Below are positions 29,891 through 38,653 of a DNA stretch of 64,000 nucleotides, piece by piece. The stretch is from positions 5,669-69,668 of the forward strand of contig JAGXLV010000004.1 of assembly GCA_018334495.1 (NCBI GenBank). The letters run 5' to 3'. The stretch is from Oleiphilaceae bacterium (lineage in GTDB: Bacteria > Pseudomonadota > Gammaproteobacteria > Pseudomonadales > Oleiphilaceae). Under the pieces are notes generated by a model. The model worked only from the letters and a program-made list of their open reading frames with translations. It did not search any database and was not told the DNA's origin. Within the stretch, counting starts at the first letter, position 1, and the number at the start of each line of letters is the position of its first letter. The translations under genes were made by a program, and so were the position numbers.

Positions 29891-30403
29891 CTTGACGCCC
29901 GGCCAAATACCCAAGCCCCCTTTGGCCAACCAATTGTTCCGAGTAACGTGATTGTGCCCCGTTGATCTGATAAAAAACCGCAGGGGGACCACTCTTGCTG
30001 GAAAAAAGCTTTTCCCGCCCCCGTCAATTACCTTGAAACTCTGATAACAGCGCTGGTAGCGCTGGACGCATTTTAATCCTTATGTCGATGCGGCCTCCCG
30101 TCCTTTTCTGTTTTGCTTTGAGCCATAAAATTTTTATTTTCGAGCATCCTTTTAATGATCATAAAAGGCTCAAATTTCGAATATTTTCTTTAAAAAACCT
30201 ATTTAAGCGCACCAAATACACATTAACAACAAAAGTAACATTGATAAGGTGATTTTCGGGTTTTTCACTCAAAGCATATTTGGTAAGATACGTTATCAAA
30301 TACGCTAACAATATCTCATGCACAGTACGCATACTGGTTAACCGTCAGGGCAAAAACGCGCCGACCCACTCGTATGTTTTTTTCTGTCGGATGGAGCCCA
30401 CTT

Positions 30404-30841
30404 ATGCACATAACCCGTTATACCGACTATTCAGTGCGAGTGCTCATGTACCTCGCGGTTCGTCCGGACAGCCTGTCGACCATGCAAGAAATAGCCGATA
30501 GCTATAACATTTCCAGGAATCACCTGATGAAAGTGGTGCACCAACTGAACCGTAAAGGCTACGTGAAAACAGTGCGCGGCAAAAACGGGGGCCTACGGCT
30601 GAACATGGTGCCGAGCCAGATTAATATCGGTGTTCTGGTGCGCGAGACAGAGCATGATTTGCAATTGGTCGAATGCTTTGAATCTGATAGAAATTGCGTG
30701 ATTTCTCCGGTTTGTGGCCTTAAAAACCTGTTTTCTGAGGCCCTCGAGGCGTTTTTGGTTGCCCTGGACCAACATACTCTTGAGGATCTTGTGCCCGAAC
30801 ATAGCAAGGCCCAGCTTGTGCGCCTGCTCCAGATTGCGTGA
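30404..30841 (+). CDS. nsrR: Rrf2-family regulator, NsrR-like
   Basis: MHITRYTDYSVR, HLMKVV, RGKNGG and the three-Cys motif ECF..NCVISPVC. Confidence 0.8.
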   Translation: MHITRYTDYSVRVLMYLAVRPDSLSTMQEIADSYNISRNHLMKVVHQLNRKGYVKTVRGKNGGLRLNMVPSQINIGVLVRETEHDLQLVECFESDRNCVISPVCGLKNLFSEALEAFLVALDQHTLEDLVPEHSKAQLVRLLQIA

Positions 30842-31035
30842 GGGCAATACCAGGGTGCGGATCAGTGGATCAACGAACTGACTAGCCGGGCCTCCAGGCG
30901 GGACTCTGACAGTTGAAGTCTGTGATCCGCGACCCATCTGTATTCAGTAAGGGGTTTTCCTTTGCCCGAATCCAATGGGTTTCCTGGTGTTGTCAGGATT
31001 ACCACGAACAATCGCGCTCAAAGGGAGTACAGACG

Positions 31036-31275
31036 ATGGAACAGTCTTCACAGAAAGTTGAAAATATTCTCCCCGGCGAGACCGCCAGCATTGAAAATAC
31101 AGACGCCGAACCACTGTTCATTAGCGTGACTTGCGATCGCGGCTGCTGCCTTGAGATGGAACTGATGCCGGGACAGGCGGTTACGTTTTCATCCGGTGAT
31201 CTCGATGCGCAAGTCATGCTGCACAGTGGTGATCCGAGCAATCTGCTGGTAATAAAACCCGAGTCTCCGTCTTGA
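31036..31275 (+). CDS. Small hypothetical protein with a CxxxCC motif
   Basis: GGGAG RBS before the ATG at 31036; 79 aa, acidic. Confidence 0.55.
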   Translation: MEQSSQKVENILPGETASIENTDAEPLFISVTCDRGCCLEMELMPGQAVTFSSGDLDAQVMLHSGDPSNLLVIKPESPS

Positions 31276-31419
31276 ATGATGAGCCATCACCCGCGGACTA
31301 CTTCCTGACCTGGATCTGAAAGCTGTACAACCAGGGCTTACAGGGAGAAACTACGCACGTTGAAGTGGCATCCGAGCCACTCAAATGAACTCATTGCATG
31401 ATTGCTTGGAGGCGGTGTT

Positions 31420-31872
31420 ATGTATCGAATCTTGCTGATTCCAGTTCTCTTAATTCTGTTTGCCAGTTCCTCAGCTCACGGTGCGCAAGGTCTCATCGCG
31501 GTTAAAAGCAACCACAGTGTTGAAACCACGGCAGACAACCTGGTGAAAGCGTTGGAGAACAGCGGCATGACTGTATTTACCCGGATCAATCATGCCGAGG
31601 GCGCGGCCGATGTGGACATTGAATTAGCGCCAACGGAAGTGGTGATTTTTGGTAACCCCAAAGCTGGCACTCCGCTGATGCAGTGCGGTCGAAGCGTCGC
31701 TATTGACCTGCCGCAAAAAGCATTGATCTGGGAAGACGACAGCGGTGATGTCTGGTTAGGCTATAACGATCCGGAATACCTGAAATATCGGCATGACCTC
31801 AATGGCTGCGATGCGGCTCTGGCAAATATAAGGCAGGCCCTGACGAATTTCGCCGGGATAGCCACTGATTGA
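31420..31872 (+). CDS. DUF302 family periplasmic protein
   Basis: Signal peptide; FTRINH, FGNPKAGTPLMQ and IDLPQKALIWED motifs. Confidence 0.88.
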   Translation: MYRILLIPVLLILFASSSAHGAQGLIAVKSNHSVETTADNLVKALENSGMTVFTRINHAEGAADVDIELAPTEVVIFGNPKAGTPLMQCGRSVAIDLPQKALIWEDDSGDVWLGYNDPEYLKYRHDLNGCDAALANIRQALTNFAGIATD

Positions 31873-31903
31873 AGGCAGATTTGTGTGTGCTCACGGGCAA
31901 CGC

Positions 31904-32731
31904 CTAATCCGCATCATTCAAGAGCTTGCGGTACTGATCCAGTACTTCCGGCCGTTCAGAAGGGTAATCCGGCGCCAGCCTCTGTAAATGTTCGGCCAGC
32001 AATTCCGCCACTATGGCGCGAGCGGCTGGTTTATTATCCCCTGGAATAATATGCCAGGGGGCCTTGTCAGTGTGGGTTGCAGCCATCGACTGTTCCGCAA
32101 AGTCCATGTACTCCTTGCGGCGGTACCAGGCTTCTATATCGGATTTATCGAATTTCCAGCGTTTACGAGGTTTGTCGAGTCGTTTGATCAAACGCTTTTT
32201 ATGCTCGGAATCGGACAAATTCAGCCATAGCTTGATCAGGCTGGTGCCCTCCGACAGCAGGTGTTTTTCAAACGCTCGAATGGCGTCGTAGCGGGCTTGC
32301 CAGTCGTAGCGCTCGGGCTCGTGGACCGGCCAGACGCGCTCGGCGATTGTCGCTTCGTGGTAGCTGCGGTTGAAAGCCGAAACTTCGCCATGGGCTGGCA
32401 GCTTGGGCACGACTCGCCAAAGAAAATCATGCCGTGCTTCCTCGCCCAGAGGCCGGCCGAACGACCAGGCATGAAACCCCGCAGGGTCCATGTGGGTGGC
32501 CAGAGTGCGAATCAAGCTGTCTTTACCGCTGGCATCGATACCATGAACCAGCAGCAACACGCTGTGGCGCCGGTTGGCCCAAAGGCGGCGCTGGTATTCT
32601 CCAATCAGCTCCAGCGTCGGTTGCAGGGGTTTGAGGGTTTCTGTCGATCTGGTCGGGTAATCCGCGAGGCGTGGCTTATCCAACTGGTAGCAAAAACGGG
32701 AACCCGGAGGCTGTTCTTTCCTGGCTTTCAT
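31904..32731 (-). CDS. Polyphosphate kinase 2 family protein
   Basis: Walker A GIDASGKD, SFGRP...E..HDFLWR, FNRS and KRWKF motifs. Confidence 0.88.
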   Translation of the reverse strand: MKARKEQPPGSRFCYQLDKPRLADYPTRSTETLKPLQPTLELIGEYQRRLWANRRHSVLLLVHGIDASGKDSLIRTLATHMDPAGFHAWSFGRPLGEEARHDFLWRVVPKLPAHGEVSAFNRSYHEATIAERVWPVHEPERYDWQARYDAIRAFEKHLLSEGTSLIKLWLNLSDSEHKKRLIKRLDKPRKRWKFDKSDIEAWYRRKEYMDFAEQSMAATHTDKAPWHIIPGDNKPAARAIVAELLAEHLQRLAPDYPSERPEVLDQYRKLLNDAD

Positions 32732-32830
32732 AAGAAAGCTCCAACCTGATTTTTGTCTGTACACACTAACACAGGCTTTGCTTTTGGCAAGCGGGCGCCG
32801 TTCGAGTCAGCAGAACTCCCTGTTAAATGT

Positions 32831-33247
32831 TTAGAAGCGATTATGCTTGAATTTCATATAGGTTATGCCGGTGCTGAGTACAAGCCGCCAGGCCAGTTCA
32901 ACGTCGTCATCGGAGTATGGATCGTATTCTTTCATTGTATCAATCAGGCTCTCCAGCCAGTGATCGTAAAGCGCCGGTTTGATATCACGCCCACGTGTGC
33001 TGTGGGTAAAGGCGACTTTCTCCGGGAGCCCTGCCGCTGAACCACTGGCATGGAAAACCACCATGCCATAGAAAGCTTTCTTCACCGTCTTGCGCTGTTC
33101 CAGCCGGTCGGATTCGGTGAATTTTTCCCGAATCAGCGGAGATGATCTGAGTAGGCGCTGATAAAAGGCATCGAAAAAGTCGTTTTCTTGTTGTTTATCC
33201 CGGACTACACGCTCGAAACTGTTATCAAAAAGATTTTCAAAGGACAT
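32831..33247 (-). CDS. Single-domain globin
   Basis: FFDAFYQRL (B helix), CD1 Phe, proximal His in THS and LYDHWLESL; ATG at 33247. Confidence 0.75.
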   Translation of the reverse strand: MSFENLFDNSFERVVRDKQQENDFFDAFYQRLLRSSPLIREKFTESDRLEQRKTVKKAFYGMVVFHASGSAAGLPEKVAFTHSTRGRDIKPALYDHWLESLIDTMKEYDPYSDDDVELAWRLVLSTGITYMKFKHNRF

Positions 33248-33449
33248 TATTAAATCCACGTAAGTAGTCGGTTTTATTATAAAAATCTGGCGACATCTCA
33301 AGTCATGAAAATAAGTATAACAGCCTCCGATTCATTTACAATCAGTTACAGTCATAAATAATACTGGTTTGTGAGGGTGAGTCTTAATGCAGGCCCAGGT
33401 CAGAAGGGGGGAGTGATCTGACCCGGGAATTTCCGGGTTTTTTGTTCTA

Positions 33450-34550
33450 TTACCAGCTTTCGCGGACCGCCTGAACAACTCTGTCGACCTGCTCCCGGCT
33501 CATTTCCGGGTAGATTGGCAAGGAGAGGCAACGGGCGGTCACTGATTCGGCCACCGGCAGCTTATGGCTGTGGTACTCCTCCGGTAGGGCTTGCTGTCGA
33601 TAGGCCGGCAAGGCGTAGTGGATGGCGGAGGCAATGCCCTGTTCCGACAGGTGGTGCCTGATTGTCTCACGAACCTGTTCCGGAACCAGAATCGTAAACT
33701 GGTGGTACACATGATCACCACCGGCATTCACCGTTGGCGCCTCAATACCGCTGACGTCCCCCAGGCCTTCACGGTACCAGTCGGCCACCTGGCGTCTGGC
33801 CCGGTTGCATTCGTGAACATGGTTAAGCTTGATGCGCAGAATGGCCGCCTGCATGGAATCCAGCCGGCTGTTGTAGCCGATGATCTTGTGATGATTCCGC
33901 TCATTGCTGCCATGGCTGCAAAGTAGCCGGAGCTTGTCGGCAAGTTCTGGCGAGTGGGTGGTCATCAGGCCGCCGTCACCACAGGCGCCCAGATTTTTGG
34001 TGGGGAAAAAACTGAAGCAGCCTACATCGCCGAATGTGCCGGTAAAGTCCGCGCCGTGTCTCGCGCCAAAGGATTGAGCGCAGTCTTCGACGACATGCAG
34101 GTGATGTTTTTTGGCAAGAGGCATGAGCTGGTCCATCGCCGCCGGCTGACCAAAGATATGCACCGGTACAATTGCGCGGGTGGCCGGCGTGACGGCTTCT
34201 TCCAGCTGGCTCACGTCGATATTGAAGGTGTGAGGGTCAATGTCGACGAATACGGGCTTTGCGCCGACATAAAAAATGGCCTCCACAGTGGCAAAGTAGG
34301 TGAAGGGGGTCGTAATGACCTCATCGCCCGGGCCAATGTCCAGAGCGCGCAACGCCATGTGGAGCGCGTCTGTGCCCGAGGCGCAGCTTATGGCGTAAGG
34401 TGCGCCTAAAAAAGTAGCGGCCTCTTTTTCGAAACCCTGGACATGCGGCCCGCCTACGAATTGGCCGGTCGCAACGATATCCTTGAGTGCATTGGCAATA
34501 TCTTCCTGCAGGGCCGTATGACCCGCTGCAATATCGACCATCGGTATCAT
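33450..34550 (-). CDS. gnnB: DegT/DnrJ/EryC1/StrS PLP aminotransferase, GnnB-like
   Basis: SGTDAL, EDCAQ, SFFPTKNLG (PLP Lys) and GYNSRLD motifs; third gene of the lpxA-oxidoreductase-aminotransferase trio. Confidence 0.7.
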   Translation of the reverse strand: MIPMVDIAAGHTALQEDIANALKDIVATGQFVGGPHVQGFEKEAATFLGAPYAISCASGTDALHMALRALDIGPGDEVITTPFTYFATVEAIFYVGAKPVFVDIDPHTFNIDVSQLEEAVTPATRAIVPVHIFGQPAAMDQLMPLAKKHHLHVVEDCAQSFGARHGADFTGTFGDVGCFSFFPTKNLGACGDGGLMTTHSPELADKLRLLCSHGSNERNHHKIIGYNSRLDSMQAAILRIKLNHVHECNRARRQVADWYREGLGDVSGIEAPTVNAGGDHVYHQFTILVPEQVRETIRHHLSEQGIASAIHYALPAYRQQALPEEYHSHKLPVAESVTARCLSLPIYPEMSREQVDRVVQAVRESW

Positions 34551-34566
34551 CTGTTTTATCTCCGGT

Positions 34567-35544
34567 TCAGGTAAGTTTTACGTTAGTGGGGCTCACTGGC
34601 GGGGACTCTTTCTTTACTTGCGCGATGACCGCAGTGGCCATTTCCAATGCGCGCAAACCATCCTCACCACTGACAACTGGCGGGCGGCCTTCCAGGACGC
34701 TGTTGGCAAACGCGCGTATCTCGCTTTCCAGAGCGTCAATGTTGTCCAGAACCAGAGTTTCACTCTCAATATCGGGTATGCCGGGGAACATCATTTCTTT
34801 ATTGGATTTGCGCCGCACTTCCAGGCGACGCTCGGACATGTCCGCCGAGAAGTAGGCATCGCTCTGGAAAAGCCGCATGCGCCTTTCCTGTTTCAGGCTG
34901 ATTCGGCTGGCAGTGACATTGGCGACACAGCCATTGGCGAAAAGTACGCGGGCGTTGGCAATGTCGATCGCTGACGATAAGACTTGGCTGCCGCTGGCGT
35001 CGATACGCTCGACTGGGGACTTGACCAGATCCAGGATAAGATCAATGTCGTGAATCATCAGGTCAAGCACCACATCTACATCCATCGCACGGGTGTTAAA
35101 AGGTGCGATGCGGTGGGATTCAATAAAAATCGGAGTCTGGATGCGTTTTGCCAGTTCCTGCATGACGGGGTTGAATCGCTCCAGGTGACCGACCTGGAGC
35201 ACACAATCCTGGTCCCGGGCCAACTGGATCAGATGTTTTGCTTCGGTGGGGGTGGTGGTGATCGGTTTTTCCACCAGGACGTGGATTCCCGCTTCCAGAA
35301 GATCCCGAACCACCGTGTAGTGATGGGATGTCGGGACCACCACACTGGCAACGTCAACCTGACCGATCAAATCCCGATGACTGCCACAGACTTGAGCGCC
35401 GTTTGCCTCAGCAACCGCGGCGGCTCGTTCCGGGTCAGGATCAACCACAAAGACAAGATTTGTTTGATTCAGTGCGGCGTATTTTTGAGCATGAAATTTA
35501 CCCAGGTGCCCTACACCTACGACAGCAGCTCGAAGCTGATTCAT
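34567..35544 (-). CDS. gnnA: Gfo/Idh/MocA NAD-dependent oxidoreductase, GnnA-like
   Basis: GVGHLG, VEKP, VGHLERFNP, DLMIHDID and VANVTASRIS motifs; overlaps the lpxA stop (ATGA). Confidence 0.72.
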   Translation of the reverse strand: MNQLRAAVVGVGHLGKFHAQKYAALNQTNLVFVVDPDPERAAAVAEANGAQVCGSHRDLIGQVDVASVVVPTSHHYTVVRDLLEAGIHVLVEKPITTTPTEAKHLIQLARDQDCVLQVGHLERFNPVMQELAKRIQTPIFIESHRIAPFNTRAMDVDVVLDLMIHDIDLILDLVKSPVERIDASGSQVLSSAIDIANARVLFANGCVANVTASRISLKQERRMRLFQSDAYFSADMSERRLEVRRKSNKEMMFPGIPDIESETLVLDNIDALESEIRAFANSVLEGRPPVVSGEDGLRALEMATAVIAQVKKESPPVSPTNVKLT

Positions 35545-36329
35545 CGGCTAAATCCCCGTTTCGATGGTTGCATGAAATTCAAGAGTTCTTTGACCGCCGC
35601 AGACTGGGGGGCCTCCGATAACTGACGTATGGCTTCGGCCAGTGGCAGCCCCGAGCGGTAAAGTATTTTATAGGCGCGTTTAAGGTCCGCGATGCCGTCG
35701 GCGTCGAAACCGGCTCGCTGCAGGCCCCGGCGATTAAGGCCAAACAATTTCGCGCTGTTGCCGTTGGCAAGCATGAAAGGGGGGATGTCCCGTAGGACAA
35801 TGCTGCCGCCGCCGATCATGGCAAGGCGCCCAATTCGGGTAAACTGATGGATCGCCACTGTCCCTGCGATGTTAGCGCGATCCTCAACCACGACATGGCC
35901 GCCTACATTGACGCAATTGGCCATGATTACGTTATCGCCAATAATACAATCATGACCCACATGACTCTGGACCATGAACAGGTTGTCGTTACCAACGGTG
36001 GTCAGGGCCCGGTCTTTGGGCGTGCCCCGGTGAATCGAAACAAATTCCCGGATGGTGTTGCGGTCACCAATTTCCAGGCGGGTTTCTTCGCCCCGGTAGC
36101 CCAGGTCTTGCGGAGCGTCGCCCAGGGAAACGTGCGCATGAATACGATTGTCGCGGCCGATACGGGTCGGCCCGTTAATGACAGCATGGGGGCCGATGCT
36201 TGTTCCGGATTCGATCTCCACTCCGGCCCCGATAATGGCGTAAGGGCCCACGGATACGTCGTCCGCAAGTCTTGCCGCAGGGTCTATGATGGCACTTGCG
36301 TGTATCTCAGCTTGTTGTTTATTATTCAT
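35541..36329 (-). CDS. lpxA: Acyl-ACP--UDP-N-acetylglucosamine acyltransferase
   Basis: Hexapeptide repeats, IREFVSIHRGT, HVGHDC catalytic His, HQF, and the C-terminal GLNRRGLQRAGF helical domain. Confidence 0.92.
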   Translation of the reverse strand: MNNKQQAEIHASAIIDPAARLADDVSVGPYAIIGAGVEIESGTSIGPHAVINGPTRIGRDNRIHAHVSLGDAPQDLGYRGEETRLEIGDRNTIREFVSIHRGTPKDRALTTVGNDNLFMVQSHVGHDCIIGDNVIMANCVNVGGHVVVEDRANIAGTVAIHQFTRIGRLAMIGGGSIVLRDIPPFMLANGNSAKLFGLNRRGLQRAGFDADGIADLKRAYKILYRSGLPLAEAIRQLSEAPQSAAVKELLNFMQPSKRGFSR

Positions 36330-36705
36330 TTCACAGGCTCGTCATTGAACGTCAAAGTTGTTTGATACTTACGGCGATTCTGGCTTGAGTCGGATTGATC
36401 CCATCGGGTCTGCGAATATCAGGATTGTCGCACAGTTCAAATGTCTCCGTCTTTATCTTACGGTCTCGCGAGAACCCGCCCCGCCCGGTGTCCAATAACA
36501 GTATTTCCGGGACTTCGGATGGGTTTTCAGTGGCTAAGGCTGGTAAACTGCCAGGCGCTCCTACTTTGAAGGCTGACGCCTTGTAAAAGTCGCCTGGTAT
36601 TTGGTTAACAAGCCGTCACGGAAATACCCCAAGAAACAGGCACAGGCATCGCAACGCTGTGCTAACGTCTGCATCTGTTCCATTTGCTAAAAGTTGATTG
36701 TGTCG

Positions 36706-37500
36706 ATGAGTAATCCCAAACATACCCTCTTCTGGATGACGCTGTTTCTGGGGGTGGTGCTGGCCGTTTGTGTTTTGATCCATGCGCCTCTGACAACTGC
36801 CTTCATGGCGAACTGGGTTTTTAACCTTCTGATTGTGTCTGTTTTGCTGATTGGTATCGGTTTAACCTACCGGCAGGTGTTTGTACTCTTTCCCGAAATG
36901 CGTTGGATTGCCCAGTTCAGAACAGGGCATGCGGGTCTGTCTGTCTTGCAAGAGCCCCATCTTTTAAAGCCACTTGCCAGGCAACTGGGTGACGATTACA
37001 AGCGCGACCAATTCTCCCTCTCGACCATGTCATTGCGTACGGTTCTCGACGGTATCCACAGTCGCATGGATGAACAGCGCGAAATCACCCGTTACTTTAT
37101 CAGTCTTCTGGTGTTTCTGGGCCTGTTGGGTACTTTCTGGGGCTTGCTGGGAACCATCAATGCTGTCGGCGGTGTCATTACCGGCCTCGATATGGGGCAG
37201 GGTGATTTCGCAGACGTCTTCGCCGAATTGCAATCCGGGCTTTTGACACCGCTGGAGGGTATGGGCACCGCCTTCAGTTCCTCCCTGCTGGGGCTCGGCG
37301 GGTCACTGATTCTGGGGTTTCTGGATATTCAGGCCGGCCACGCCCAGAACCGTTTCTACGATGGCCTGGAAGAGTGGCTGACAGGGGTAACGCACCTGGT
37401 CGATACGGTGGACAAGGTGGACACCCGGAAAGACGACGATCTTGCCCGCGTCCTGGAGGAAAATCAGGCATTGAAAGTTCAACTTGCCAGCAAGGAGTAA
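36706..37500 (+). CDS. MotA/TolQ/ExbB-type proton-channel protein (non-flagellar)
   Basis: Four TM segments with LGLLGTFWGL and GMGTAFSSSLLG; start moved to the ATG at 36706. Confidence 0.75.
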   Translation: MSNPKHTLFWMTLFLGVVLAVCVLIHAPLTTAFMANWVFNLLIVSVLLIGIGLTYRQVFVLFPEMRWIAQFRTGHAGLSVLQEPHLLKPLARQLGDDYKRDQFSLSTMSLRTVLDGIHSRMDEQREITRYFISLLVFLGLLGTFWGLLGTINAVGGVITGLDMGQGDFADVFAELQSGLLTPLEGMGTAFSSSLLGLGGSLILGFLDIQAGHAQNRFYDGLEEWLTGVTHLVDTVDKVDTRKDDDLARVLEENQALKVQLASKE

Positions 37501-37533
37501 TAATGCGATGAGCAAGTTGAAGAGTGATCATTC

Positions 37534-38601
37534 ATGATCGGATCAAGACGCCGAACGAAAAGTAACATCAATGTCTGGCCGGGCTACGTGGACGCCCTGT
37601 CGGCTTTGTTGATGCTGGTTATCTTCATGCTGCTGATCTATGTGGTCAGCCAGCTTTACCTCTCCCAGACCCTGTCGGATCGCAACAGCGAATTGGCTCG
37701 CCTCAACACCCGGCTTGCTGAAATATCCCGACTTCTCGGGCTTGAGCAGGAAAAAACCGACGCATTGCAACAGGAAATGGTGTCGGTGCAGGACAATTAC
37801 AGCGACAGTCTGGCTCTCAACGATATGTTGGGCGCTGAATTGGACGAAAAAAACGAACAGTTGCGAGCCCAGCAATTCGACGCCGAGGCCCAGGCACTGA
37901 GAATCGAGGACCTGAACGAAGCCGCAGGAGAGGCGCAACAGACCCTGGATGAGGAACAGCTGCTTTCTTTTGAACAGCAAACCCTGATCACGCGTTTGTC
38001 CAATCAGATATCGGCACTGCAGAAGCAGCTCGGCCAGATTACCGCGGCATTGCGCCTGCAGAAGGATCTTACTGCCGAGAAGGACGCGGAGCTGCAGCGG
38101 GTAGGTAAGCGCCTGAACACCCTGTTGGCCGAACGGGTGAATCAGCTCGAACGCTATCAGTCCGAGTTTTTCGGACGTCTCAGGGAGATTCTGTCCGACA
38201 ATGAAAACGTCCGGATTGTTGGCGACCGCTTCCTGCTGCCCTCGGAGCTTTTGTTTGCCTCCGCCTCGGCAAGCCTCGGCCCTGCGGGCAAAGTTGAACT
38301 CGACAAGCTGGCCAGGGTATTACTGAACGTCGTGGAGGAAATCCCCGACGATATTGAATGGATTCTGCGTATCGACGGACACACCGATCTCATTCCCATC
38401 AATACAGCCGAATTCCCGTCGAACTGGGAGCTTTCCACTGCACGGGCAGTCGCGGTTGTGCGCTACCTGTCAGAGCAGGGTGTGCCCGACAAGCGTATGG
38501 TAGCTGCGGGCTTTGGTGAGTTTTTCCCCGTTGCGCAGGGCAATTCGGCACAGGCGCTGCAAAAAAACCGGCGGATTGAACTCAAACTGACTGACCGCTA
38601 A
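37534..38601 (+). CDS. MotB/OmpA-type peptidoglycan-binding protein with long coiled coil
   Basis: WPGYVDAL TM segment with the conserved Asp, about 170 aa of coiled coil, then RIDGHTD, NWELSTARA and NRRIELK. Confidence 0.82.
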   Translation: MIGSRRRTKSNINVWPGYVDALSALLMLVIFMLLIYVVSQLYLSQTLSDRNSELARLNTRLAEISRLLGLEQEKTDALQQEMVSVQDNYSDSLALNDMLGAELDEKNEQLRAQQFDAEAQALRIEDLNEAAGEAQQTLDEEQLLSFEQQTLITRLSNQISALQKQLGQITAALRLQKDLTAEKDAELQRVGKRLNTLLAERVNQLERYQSEFFGRLREILSDNENVRIVGDRFLLPSELLFASASASLGPAGKVELDKLARVLLNVVEEIPDDIEWILRIDGHTDLIPINTAEFPSNWELSTARAVAVVRYLSEQGVPDKRMVAAGFGEFFPVAQGNSAQALQKNRRIELKLTDR

Positions 38602-38653
38602 ACGTGACAGACCCGGGGAAAGGGTGCATCCGGGTTCAACTGACTTTCATTGT

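Noticed and set aside
33450-36329. O-antigen WbpB/WbpE/WbpD (di-N-acetyl uronic acid) pathway
   Set aside because: The acyltransferase is full-length LpxA with the C-terminal helical domain, not a short WbpD, and there is no WbpA dehydrogenase, flippase or glycosyltransferase. It is less likely, though not excluded without phylogeny.
36706-38601. Zorya (ZorA/ZorB) anti-phage system
   Set aside because: The MotA-like protein is only about 264 aa with no long cytoplasmic ZorA tail, the coiled coil is on the MotB-like subunit, and there are no zorC/D/E or other defence genes nearby.
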